IMG/VR virus record: IMGVR_UViG_3300007770_001284
Coordinates: 186,001 to 250,000 of that record
Length of the DNA: 64,000 bases
Reading direction: 5' to 3' (one strand)
The notes beneath the pieces were generated by a model, which searched no databases, was not told the DNA's origin, and worked only from the letters and a program-made list of their open reading frames with translations. Below, piece by piece: positions 56,076 to 63,586 of the stretch (the stretch's first letter is position 1; every line of letters starts with the position of its first letter). The translations under genes were made by a program, and so were the position numbers.

Positions 56076-56795
56076 GGCATGTCGGATTCTGGCAACGTGA
56101 TCAGCGCTCAGTTCATGCATATAAACAAGGTCTTCTAGTACCTGCCTCGTTTCATCGTATTCCTGTACACCGACCGCAACGACTATACCCACGATGTCTC
56201 CTTGAGCATTGAACACGCCGCTACCAGAGTAGCCGAACCAAATAAACCCATGCAGCAGAACAGCCCTATATCCGTCTTCATAACCTGTAACATATGCTCT
56301 TGTTGTTAACATGTCGTAGCTAGCCGGATAACCGCTGTATACCACTTCGTCTCCGACGCTTAATTGACGATTATGCCTGGAAACATTAACTGCTTTTCTA
56401 GAGTTCAATCTCGGTATTTTCAACAATGCGATGTCATGAGTTTCTGATTTCCATATTACTTGACCAACGACTTTCTCTGCTCCGGTTGAAACATAAAAAA
56501 TATTAGAATCATCGACAACATGTCGAGCAGTTAGAACAGCGTAGTGGTCGTTGTGCTTGATATACGTTCCCGATCCATGTCCGCCGCTTAAGCCTTGAAC
56601 AGCTACAGAGCTGTGACGGCTTGTTCTTTCGTTCATTCGAGTTGAGGACACCGTCTGGATAATTGCGGGACGGGGAGATGTTGTGTTTGCGATTACTTTT
56701 GGTGCTTCTGCGTGCACTTTCGGTGTGTTGAAAAATGTAATGCAAAAAACTGCAGATACAGACAGAAAAATTGCTATGAAAAATGTTCTTGTCAT
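56067..56795 (-). CDS. Secreted trypsin-like serine protease
   Basis: Signal peptide; LTARHVV, DIALL, FGYSGSGVF. Confidence 0.85.
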   Translation of the reverse strand: MTRTFFIAIFLSVSAVFCITFFNTPKVHAEAPKVIANTTSPRPAIIQTVSSTRMNERTSRHSSVAVQGLSGGHGSGTYIKHNDHYAVLTARHVVDDSNIFYVSTGAEKVVGQVIWKSETHDIALLKIPRLNSRKAVNVSRHNRQLSVGDEVVYSGYPASYDMLTTRAYVTGYEDGYRAVLLHGFIWFGYSGSGVFNAQGDIVGIVVAVGVQEYDETRQVLEDLVYMHELSADHVARIRHALR

Positions 56796-56859
56796 AATTG
56801 CCCTGTTAATAACTATAGATTTGGGGGGTATATTTACAGTTGGTTGAAAGGGTAGTATT

Positions 56860-57270
56860 ATGACAACTTCTGGTAAGAGCTGTGGCCCAATTTTTATTGA
56901 AAATTCTAGGGTGCCAGTGTGTCTTTCTGCTTTTTCTCCAATCGATATTCACGCTATCAACTTAGTTTTTTTTGTATTTTGTAGAACCGAGATGAGCGAC
57001 CAAACAAAGCAACACGAAACGATCCATTTCAAGCAGTGGCTAGAATTATTGATCGTTGGATTCGGTGTTCTTTACGTCGCTTTCTATCTTTGGTTTCGTC
57101 TGGTTAAACGATTAGATGGACCCGCTGCATATCGCGCTATTCCGTTCGAACGCGAAGCGTATGCACATCAAGGGACTGTCTCGTATCTTTCTGAAAGAAA
57201 AATGTACGCATGGACGAAATATATTCGTTCGAATTTACCAGGAGATACCGGAGATGCTCAAGAAACATGA
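56860..57270 (+). CDS. Membrane-associated HExxH metallopeptidase-like protein
   Basis: HETIH..TM..AYRAIPFEREAY. Confidence 0.6.
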   Translation: MTTSGKSCGPIFIENSRVPVCLSAFSPIDIHAINLVFFVFCRTEMSDQTKQHETIHFKQWLELLIVGFGVLYVAFYLWFRLVKRLDGPAAYRAIPFEREAYAHQGTVSYLSERKMYAWTKYIRSNLPGDTGDAQET

Positions 57271-57439
57271 TCTTGTGATATGTCTAGAGACGGGTGAGAT
57301 GGGGGAAATATTAGCTGTTTTTTCGATTTCACGAATTCGTGTGAGGTTCCCCTCGGGCGAGTGTATTCTATGTACAGAAGATGTAATGACAGTTGAAGGA
57401 GAAAATGATGATACCGTGCCACCACCTTACGAAAAGTAA
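57254..57439 (+). CDS. Small hypothetical protein
   Basis: GGAG RBS before ATG 57254. Confidence 0.45.
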   Translation: MLKKHDLVICLETGEMGEILAVFSISRIRVRFPSGECILCTEDVMTVEGENDDTVPPPYEK

Positions 57440-57635
57440 CATGACGTATTCTCAGCATTTTAAGAGAGCTGGCTCCTTTGCTGTGTCGTGTATGTTGATG
57501 TCAGTTGTCTGCGGCATCCATGCAGTTTTGCCGTGGTTTTTTACCGAAACTTTCTCTGATTTTGTTATAAAATTAGCACGTAAGTTTAACGAAGAGAGAG
57601 TTCAACATAATGAAAAATTTGAAGGTTGGTTCTAA
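57405..57635 (+). CDS. Small membrane protein
   Basis: HL..MTYSQHF..IHAVLPWFF. Confidence 0.55.
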   Translation: MMIPCHHLTKSNMTYSQHFKRAGSFAVSCMLMSVVCGIHAVLPWFFTETFSDFVIKLARKFNEERVQHNEKFEGWF

Positions 57636-57813
57636 AGTATACCACTTTATGCAGATGAGCAGGGTCGGCACTGTTATTCGTATTGAGAAAGTACCGATGC
57701 CGTTTATGACAACAGAGGGATCGATGTCTGGTCTTACAAAGATTATCGTGAAATTTGATGATAATACTGAAGAGTCATTTTCTCCCGAAGATTTGATGCG
57801 AGCAGATATCTGA
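57610..57813 (+). CDS. Small SH3-like hypothetical protein
   Basis: LKVGSKV..IVKFDD. Confidence 0.5.
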   Translation: MKNLKVGSKVYHFMQMSRVGTVIRIEKVPMPFMTTEGSMSGLTKIIVKFDDNTEESFSPEDLMRADI

Positions 57814-57816
57814 TTA

Positions 57817-57845
57817 GTGTAAATTCACTCCCTACCTGGTATAAT
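57817..57845 (+). promoter_or_regulatory. sigma70-type promoter GTGTAA-N17-TATAAT (TGG extended)
   Basis: Family member; AGGAGG follows. Confidence 0.65.
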
Positions 57846-57865
57846 AAAATTAATAGGAGGGTGAA

Positions 57866-58027
57866 ATGCTGCTTTTTCTGATCTTTCTCATTGGTCTGTT
57901 TACCGGTGATTTTGCTTGGGCTTTTAAGGTTGCAGGAGCGTATATTCTTGCCCTTCTGATTGTAGAACTATTCTTTTGGATGATGGTTTTTGGTATATTT
58001 GGAATGCTGTACGTGGTGTTTTTATAG
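57866..58027 (+). CDS. Small hydrophobic membrane protein (53 aa, not in track)
   Basis: AGGAGG RBS; MLLFLIFLIGLF.. Confidence 0.55.
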   Translation: MLLFLIFLIGLFTGDFAWAFKVAGAYILALLIVELFFWMMVFGIFGMLYVVFL

Positions 58028-58035
58028 GGTGCTGG

Positions 58036-58350
58036 ATGTATGTAAGAGATGCAAACGTTGGTGATGTGATTCGTGTTGTCGGTGATAATAAGGGTGTTCG
58101 ACAAAGCATTTTTCGTATATCACAAGAAGAAAGAGACGAAGCGCGTAAGCATGGTTTTATGATTGGATTTGTTCGTCATTTCTGGAAAGGTAATCCTGAC
58201 AAGCCATATGACATGGTATATCTTGGTCCAGTAAGCACAAGGATTCCCGTGGCTGGCCTTTTTAAACATCATTTATTTTTGACTCCAGATGGTACGTACG
58301 GGATAGAGGGATATGACTTTCGATATTTGGAGAAAATTACAGGGCGATAG
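58036..58350 (+). CDS. Hypothetical protein
   Basis: VGDVIRV; stop codon lies inside the tRNA 5' end. Confidence 0.5.
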   Translation: MYVRDANVGDVIRVVGDNKGVRQSIFRISQEERDEARKHGFMIGFVRHFWKGNPDKPYDMVYLGPVSTRIPVAGLFKHHLFLTPDGTYGIEGYDFRYLEKITGR

Positions 58351-58418
58351 CTCAATTTGGTCAGAGCAACGGTCTCATAAACCGTGGGTTCCGGGTTCAA
58401 GTCCCGGTCGCCCTACCA
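58341..58418 (+). tRNA. tRNA with CAT anticodon, probably Ile2 (lysidine-modified)
   Basis: Cloverleaf: AGGGCGA/TCGCCCT, ACGGT-CTCATAA-ACCGT, TTCAAGT loop, A-CCA; no initiator GGG/CCC stem; directly upstream of tilS. Confidence 0.9.
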
Positions 58419-58425
58419 CTTAAAA

Positions 58426-59049
58426 ATGATTAGACTATCAACGAAATTACCACGCAGGCTAGCGATTGCTGTCTCGGGTGGACCTGATTCAATGGCAGCT
58501 CTAGATTTTCTTTCACGAAGCAACAAAGAAATTCTGGTGTTGCACTTTAATCACAACACCCACCATGCGCAAAGTGCTGAAAATGTAGTATCTGATTATT
58601 GCGGCTCTAAAAGCATTCCCCATATAATTGGTGGCCTCAAAGAGGCCGTTCCTCCCGGCATGTCTAAAGAAGACTTTTGGCGGAAGGCTCGCTACGATTT
58701 TTTTGAGCGTGAGGCGGGTGATTTGCCTGTTGTTACGTGTCACCACCTTGATGATGTTGTAGAAACCTGGCTGTTTACGGCTTTCCATGGAGAGGCTAGA
58801 TTAATCCCATCGAAGCGCGGAAGGTATCTGAGGCCGTTTCTAGAGACGAGAAAGGCAGTGTTTGAGGACTGGTGTGACCGAAAGGATGTGCCATACGTAA
58901 TAGATTCAAGTAATTTCGATATTTCTTTTATGAGAAATTATATTAGACATGAAGTCGTACCGAAAGCCCTTATGGTTAATCCAGGGTTGCCAAAGGTCCT
59001 ACGAAAAAAGATTGTGAATAATCCTGTAATATTTACAGAAGCTGTTTAG
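58426..59049 (+). CDS. tilS: tRNA(Ile)-lysidine synthase (minimal catalytic domain)
   Basis: AVSGGPDSM, HFNH, RKARY, HHLDDVVET, RPFL, DSSN, RNYIRHEVVP. Confidence 0.92.
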   Translation: MIRLSTKLPRRLAIAVSGGPDSMAALDFLSRSNKEILVLHFNHNTHHAQSAENVVSDYCGSKSIPHIIGGLKEAVPPGMSKEDFWRKARYDFFEREAGDLPVVTCHHLDDVVETWLFTAFHGEARLIPSKRGRYLRPFLETRKAVFEDWCDRKDVPYVIDSSNFDISFMRNYIRHEVVPKALMVNPGLPKVLRKKIVNNPVIFTEAV

Positions 59050-59071
59050 ATTTATCTTCAAGGGAGAAACA

Positions 59072-59263
59072 GTGGGTTCAAAAACGGAGCGTCAAAATCA
59101 GCACATTAAGCGGATTGAAAAGAAGATTAGAAAGTTTACAAAAAGGGGTAAGTCCACAGAGAGGCTCACAAAAGAACTTGGTTATATGATGGGTGAAGAC
59201 AGGCCTGAGTTTAAGACAGGCCGCGATGTCGATCCCAGACTAAAGAAGACATGGCAAAATTAG
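59072..59263 (+). CDS. Small basic protein
   Basis: GGGAG RBS before GTG. Confidence 0.55.
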   Translation: MGSKTERQNQHIKRIEKKIRKFTKRGKSTERLTKELGYMMGEDRPEFKTGRDVDPRLKKTWQN

Positions 59264-59275
59264 GAGTGAAGAAAA

Positions 59276-59422
59276 ATGGCAACAAATAGAATTACAAATG
59301 TAGCACAATCGTTATCTAGCGTGCGTGATGACGCTAGTAAACTTAAACGGCTTGTTTATGTGGTGTGCTTAATTGAATTACTGCATGTCGGCTGGTCTGT
59401 TTTTACTTACTTTTCCAGCTGA
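59276..59422 (+). CDS. Small protein with C-terminal TM (48 aa, not in track)
   Basis: AGGAG RBS; MATNRITNVAQ.. Confidence 0.5.
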   Translation: MATNRITNVAQSLSSVRDDASKLKRLVYVVCLIELLHVGWSVFTYFSS

Positions 59423-59434
59423 TTGCCTAATTTG

Positions 59435-59510
59435 GGGCCGTTAGCTCAACAGGTAGAGCAAAAGACTTTTAATCTTTAGGTTCAGGGTTCGAGTCCCTGG
59501 CGGCTCACCA
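59435..59510 (+). tRNA. tRNA-Lys(TTT)
   Basis: GGGCCGT/GCGGCTC, AAAGA-CTTTTAA-TCTTT, TTCGAGT, A-CCA. Confidence 0.93.
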
Positions 59511-59552
59511 CTACTAATTTTTTGTAGCATAATTATGACTAGAACACAAAGA

Positions 59553-59625
59553 TGGGGTGTAGCATAATTGGCAGTGCACCGGGTTGTTACCCCGGAGGTT
59601 GGTGGTTCGAATCCACCCGCCCCAG
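59553..59625 (+). tRNA. tRNA-Asn(GTT), CCA not encoded
   Basis: TGGGGTG/CGCCCCA, CCGGG-TTGTTAC-CCCGG, TTCGAAT, discriminator G followed by CCT. Confidence 0.88.
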
Positions 59626-59634
59626 CCTTGGTAC

Positions 59635-59823
59635 ATGGAATATAAGATGAGTGGATTTTTACTATTTTTGACAGGCTGTTATCTTGGTTTGGATGCTTTA
59701 AATAATGAGTGTCCGGGTGGCTCTAATTGCTGGTGCCCGTGGGACACTGCTCATGAATATTTTCCACCCCTTGATGAACATAATAACATCATTTGTGATG
59801 ATTCTGGTGAAGGGAACCAATAA
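59635..59823 (+). CDS. Small Cys-containing hypothetical (lipoprotein-like)
   Basis: FLLFLTGC; start placed after the tRNA-Asn. Confidence 0.45.
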   Translation: MEYKMSGFLLFLTGCYLGLDALNNECPGGSNCWCPWDTAHEYFPPLDEHNNIICDDSGEGNQ

Positions 59824-59825
59824 GA

Positions 59826-60230
59826 ATGCAGACGTCTAATTCGATTACAGGGTACTATTGTCGAACGTGTAATAATACAATTTTTTCTAGGACTCGTCAC
59901 GATTTTCGAACGTGTATGTGTTGGCGAGACAAGTCTAAGCGCACAGGCGTCGCCGTTGACGGCGGTCGGGACTATTTTAGAGTTTCGCTTGAGAAGCACT
60001 TCAAGGGTGAAAAGGTTGAGATTGAAGTACGTCTTTTGGCTCATGAATTATACGATGATTGGAACCATCGTCATGACCGCTGGGGCATGCATAGCGGAAA
60101 AATAGAAATGATTCCTATTCCAATAAGCACTAGTCGTAAGTCTTGTAGGCCGCTAGACAAAGCGATTAAGGGTCAAGAAGAAGAATATGAAGATGAGATT
60201 GAGCTTTATAAGACCTACGGTGGAGATTGA
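59826..60230 (+). CDS. Zn-ribbon phage protein
   Basis: CRTC..HDFRTCMC..AVDGG. Confidence 0.6.
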   Translation: MQTSNSITGYYCRTCNNTIFSRTRHDFRTCMCWRDKSKRTGVAVDGGRDYFRVSLEKHFKGEKVEIEVRLLAHELYDDWNHRHDRWGMHSGKIEMIPIPISTSRKSCRPLDKAIKGQEEEYEDEIELYKTYGGD

Positions 60231-60234
60231 CTGT

Positions 60235-60441
60235 TCACCAGCTTTTTTCGATACATGAGCTATTGATGAATATCATTTCGTCTAATTCGGTCAGCACCCA
60301 AAAATCGAAAGTAGTCCATCCGTTTTCTCGTAAAACTTCTGTTTTGTGAATTTTTACGATGATTGCTAACTTGCCATGTCCACGATATCTCTGCTTTAGG
60401 CGTATCAAGTCCCCTACGCTGTATTTTGAGTCAGCTGTCAT
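60235..60441 (-). CDS. Small SH3-like hypothetical protein
   Basis: YSVGDLI; fills gap. Confidence 0.5.
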   Translation of the reverse strand: MTADSKYSVGDLIRLKQRYRGHGKLAIIVKIHKTEVLRENGWTTFDFWVLTELDEMIFINSSCIEKSW

Positions 60442-60492
60442 TATAAAGTAAGCATTGCCCCCTGGAATATAAGTAGTATTAGGGGTCGAGAA

Positions 60493-60993
60493 TTGCGCAT
60501 ACGCTTGCCAAAGATATCAAACGCTATGCTACTGTGGTGGCTCTGCTTCTGCACGATGCTTGTGGGAGCTGAGCTGGCGTATGTTTACGGGCTTCTCCAG
60601 GAAATTATGATGAATGATGTAACAAGGATTACATTCATCGTCGCTGCGATTCTTGTGTGGCAATCGATCGCTTGTGGGATTGAAATCGGGAAGACAAGGT
60701 TTTCATGGGACCTCGGAAAACCAAATCCCACTTTAGAGCGCGGGTGGTTTTTTAGTGACATCGTACTTTCTCTTGGAATGATAGGCACCGTTGTTGGGTT
60801 CATGATGATGCTGGCTGGTTTTGCGACATTAGACTTTTCTGATATTGAAGCTGCACAAGAGATGGTCGCTCGTTTGGGCGCCGGGATGGCAACTGCGCTG
60901 TCTACAACTCTCACTGGGCTAATAGCAAGTGTTCTTTTAAAGCTTCAATTTTTTATGCTTGAGCGAACACTGGAGCGTGAGGAGCACGGGTGA
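60493..60993 (+). CDS. MotA/TolQ/ExbB proton-channel family protein
   Basis: LGMIGTVVGF..GMATALSTTLTGL. Confidence 0.8.
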   Translation: MRIRLPKISNAMLLWWLCFCTMLVGAELAYVYGLLQEIMMNDVTRITFIVAAILVWQSIACGIEIGKTRFSWDLGKPNPTLERGWFFSDIVLSLGMIGTVVGFMMMLAGFATLDFSDIEAAQEMVARLGAGMATALSTTLTGLIASVLLKLQFFMLERTLEREEHG

Positions 60994-61601
60994 GACGCTC
61001 GTATCATTCTAACCTGGCATTTTTAGACGTACTTTTTAACACGCTTCTATGCTTTGTTGTATTTTTTGTTATTGCGTTGATCTTCATGCAAAGGGAAGAT
61101 ACCTCAGAGGCCGATGTTGAGCTGTCTGCTTATGTCATTATTGTTGCCAGTTGGCCAGGTGAATATGATGATGATGTAGATTTGTACGTTCGTGATCCTC
61201 GGGGCGAAGTTGTTTTCTTCCGTCAGATGAATAATTCTGTGATGCATTTAGATCGTGATGATCTGGGCACTCACTATGATAATCCAAATTACGACACAGT
61301 CGATACAGCTGCTGAACCAGAAAATCGAGAGATTGTAATGATTAGAAGAAAGATTCCTGGCGAGTTTATTGTTAATGCGCACATGTACAATAAAGTGACA
61401 GATGACCCAATCCCTGTCCGCGTAACTGTTTATCGTATCTCTCCACGTAAGGAGATTGCTGATACTATTTTAATGTTTACGTATCGTGGACAAGAAGAAA
61501 CGGTCTGCAGGTTTACCATAGATTCTGGCGGAAAGATTTTAGACATCAATGACCTGCCCCATGTGATTGCAGGAGAAATCCTTCATGGCGGATATTATTA
61601 A
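60990..61601 (+). CDS. ExbD/TolR/MotB-like partner with periplasmic domain
   Basis: AFLDVLFN TM with conserved Asp; DVDLYV..LDRDD..NRE. Confidence 0.65.
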   Translation: MRRSYHSNLAFLDVLFNTLLCFVVFFVIALIFMQREDTSEADVELSAYVIIVASWPGEYDDDVDLYVRDPRGEVVFFRQMNNSVMHLDRDDLGTHYDNPNYDTVDTAAEPENREIVMIRRKIPGEFIVNAHMYNKVTDDPIPVRVTVYRISPRKEIADTILMFTYRGQEETVCRFTIDSGGKILDINDLPHVIAGEILHGGYY

Positions 61602-62119
61602 TGAGTTTCTTAGTTTATCTAACCATCGTATCTATTTGCGTCGCGGTTTGTTTGGTACAGTCAAATTTGCACCAAGCGTTGAAGGTAATGCTTGTTGTTG
61701 TATTAATGCACGGTTACCTGACAGCTTTTTCTACGTTTAGGGACGTGAGCGGCTATCCAACACAGGCTGATTTACCTGAAGAATTTGAAGTGGTGTGGGC
61801 TCGAGCAGTTGAAATACCTCAGAACGATGTTAAGTTTATAGAGCTGTGGGTGGCTTATGATTTTTCTTTTACTGAGGTGTGGATAAGTCGATTTTCTCTG
61901 GCACACAGAAAAGATTCACTATCAAGAGTTTATAGACTTCCTTATTCACAAGAGAATCATGAGTTTGTTCTTGAGATGCAGCAAGCAATTCAATTGGGCA
62001 AGCAGATGAAGCTATCTTTTCAAAATATTTCAATGGATGAGAAAATCGATTTACGAGAAGCAGCACAGAATTACGCGATTAACCACGAAGAGTGGGTCAT
62101 TAGTAAACAATCCAAATAA
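61601..62119 (+). CDS. Membrane protein, third gene of the ExbBD-like operon
   Basis: Two N-terminal TMs; GYP..RVYRLPYS. Confidence 0.55.
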   Translation: MSFLVYLTIVSICVAVCLVQSNLHQALKVMLVVVLMHGYLTAFSTFRDVSGYPTQADLPEEFEVVWARAVEIPQNDVKFIELWVAYDFSFTEVWISRFSLAHRKDSLSRVYRLPYSQENHEFVLEMQQAIQLGKQMKLSFQNISMDEKIDLREAAQNYAINHEEWVISKQSK

Positions 62120-62180
62120 TATGTACAAGCATAGTAAACCTATTATTTATTAATTGGTTGATAAAACCAAGGAGCGAAAC

Positions 62181-62489
62181 ATGTTTACTATATTGGCTGC
62201 ATTTTGTCTGGGGTGTGCAACACACGCACATACACACCACAGGACCCCCCCTCCACCGACTCCGAAACCGTCAGTTTCGGTATCTGTGAATTGGGCATGG
62301 GTCGATGCACACTGGTCTCACGGCGTTCGAGTTAAGTCTCACTGGGCTCATCCCCACTATGGGAAGTCCTATCGTTCACGGACTGTAGGTCCACCCCCAC
62401 CTCGTCCCCACATGGGGGCCCATTGGGAACCTGGACATTGGGAAAGACGCGGCCACCGTAGAGTATGGGTGGCAGGCCACTGGTCGTAA
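62181..62489 (+). CDS. YXWGXW-repeat-like lipoprotein
   Basis: FCLGC lipobox; WVDAHW, HWEPGHW, VWVAGHW; AAGGAG RBS. Confidence 0.65.
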   Translation: MFTILAAFCLGCATHAHTHHRTPPPPTPKPSVSVSVNWAWVDAHWSHGVRVKSHWAHPHYGKSYRSRTVGPPPPRPHMGAHWEPGHWERRGHRRVWVAGHWS

Positions 62490-62677
62490 AATGAGTGATG
62501 GCGCGGTGTTGCTCGTGCAGCGATGCACAAATTTATAAAGTAAAAGGTGAACGACGTCCGCGCGCGTCAAGTAACCACCATTTTTTTAGCAAAAATTGTA
62601 CATTTGTGAAAAAAGGCTTATACTTTCTGGAGTTTAGAGTATAAATAAAGGTCTCACCCACAAAGGAGAGAATACAA

Positions 62678-62809
62678 ATGTGGAAGTACGGAGCAGTTGC
62701 CTTCATGGCAGCTATTTTTTTTGGGTCGTTAATTGCATGTAGCGATGACGGCGATGATACAGCAGTTGAAGATACAGCAGTTGAAGATACGGCGCAGGAG
62801 TCAGAGTAA
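62678..62809 (+). CDS. Small lipoprotein with DTAVE repeats (43 aa, not in track)
   Basis: AAGGAG RBS; LIAC lipobox; SDDGDDTAVEDTAVEDTA. Confidence 0.6.
   Translation: MWKYGAVAFMAAIFFGSLIACSDDGDDTAVEDTAVEDTAQESE
62756..62790 (+). repeat. 15-bp tandem repeat GATACAGCAGTTGAA x2.3 (coding)
   Basis: Direct inspection. Confidence 0.8.
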
Positions 62810-63094
62810 ATGATCAATCATCTTAAGAATCTATGGGCAAAGTGGAAGGTACAGATTTCCGTTGTTGGTGGTGCTATAATCATAGCAACAGCATGGGGAA
62901 CTTGTACAGTCCAACCAGCCCAAGTTGAGGAAGCTGAGGAGTCATCCGAAGGTAGTGAAGAAGCAGTTGAAGAGGTGTCAAATTCTAGTGTAGCCCCCAC
63001 TGAAAATGAGACAATATCAGCAGCCGATGAAAATGGTGAGGCTAGCACTACCAACGTAACGAACACAACCGTTACGAATAAGGGTGATAACTAG
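62810..63094 (+). CDS. Membrane-anchored protein with acidic/Thr-rich tail
   Basis: WKVQISVVGGAIIIATAWGTC. Confidence 0.6.
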   Translation: MINHLKNLWAKWKVQISVVGGAIIIATAWGTCTVQPAQVEEAEESSEGSEEAVEEVSNSSVAPTENETISAADENGEASTTNVTNTTVTNKGDN

Positions 63095-63144
63095 AGATTT
63101 TCTCTCCGCAGGGAGGCACGGGATTATAGGTGTCTCATATCCGT

Positions 63145-63186
63145 AAAGAGGACCATTAATTTGGTCCTCTTTTTTATTTTTTATTT
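63145..63186 (+). terminator. Rho-independent terminator
   Basis: AAAGAGGACCA-TTAATT-TGGTCCTCTTT followed by a T-run. Confidence 0.8.
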
Positions 63187-63295
63187 CGTGTATAAGGAGA
63201 TAACATGTCTGTTTATTTTGCTGTCGGTATAATGAGCGCCCTATGGGGTGTTGCCGGTGTTGGAATGGCTTTCGAAACATTTCGAGATTAATACA

Positions 63296-63324
63296 TTGAA
63301 CTTTTCGAGGTAAGGAGCTATAAT
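63296..63324 (+). promoter_or_regulatory. sigma70-type promoter TTGAAC-N17-TATAAT for tRNA-Arg
   Basis: -10 box ends 8 nt before the tRNA 5' end. Confidence 0.65.
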
Positions 63325-63332
63325 GAATTTGA

Positions 63333-63408
63333 GCCTCCTTAGCTCAGTGGATAGAGCACCGGCCTTCTAAGCCGTAGGTCGCAGGTTCGAATCCTGCAGG
63401 GGGTGCCA
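63333..63408 (+). tRNA. tRNA-Arg(TCT)
   Basis: GCCTCCT/AGGGGGT, CCGGC-CTTCTAA-GCCGT, TTCGAAT, G-CCA. Confidence 0.92.
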
Positions 63409-63427
63409 TTACAGGAGAAGTGTTATT

Positions 63428-63586
63428 ATGGCAAGGAATTTTTTAAGCTCAAGTAGGTTTAGCTTGTTTTGTGCGGTCTTGAATGTCGCATTTGCCCTAC
63501 AGGCGTTTTCACACGGTAGCTGGATATTTGGAGCGATTTGCACAGTTTTTGCATGCCTTTGCTTTAGCAATTACAAGCGTGCATAA
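63428..63586 (+). CDS. Small two-TM protein (52 aa, not in track)
   Basis: AGGAG RBS; TAATG overlap with tdk. Confidence 0.5.
   Translation: MARNFLSSSRFSLFCAVLNVAFALQAFSHGSWIFGAICTVFACLCFSNYKRA

Noticed and set aside
58384-58425. N-terminal extension of the TilS ORF (and of ORF 59584)
   Set aside because: These extensions lie within tRNA genes; downstream ATGs used instead
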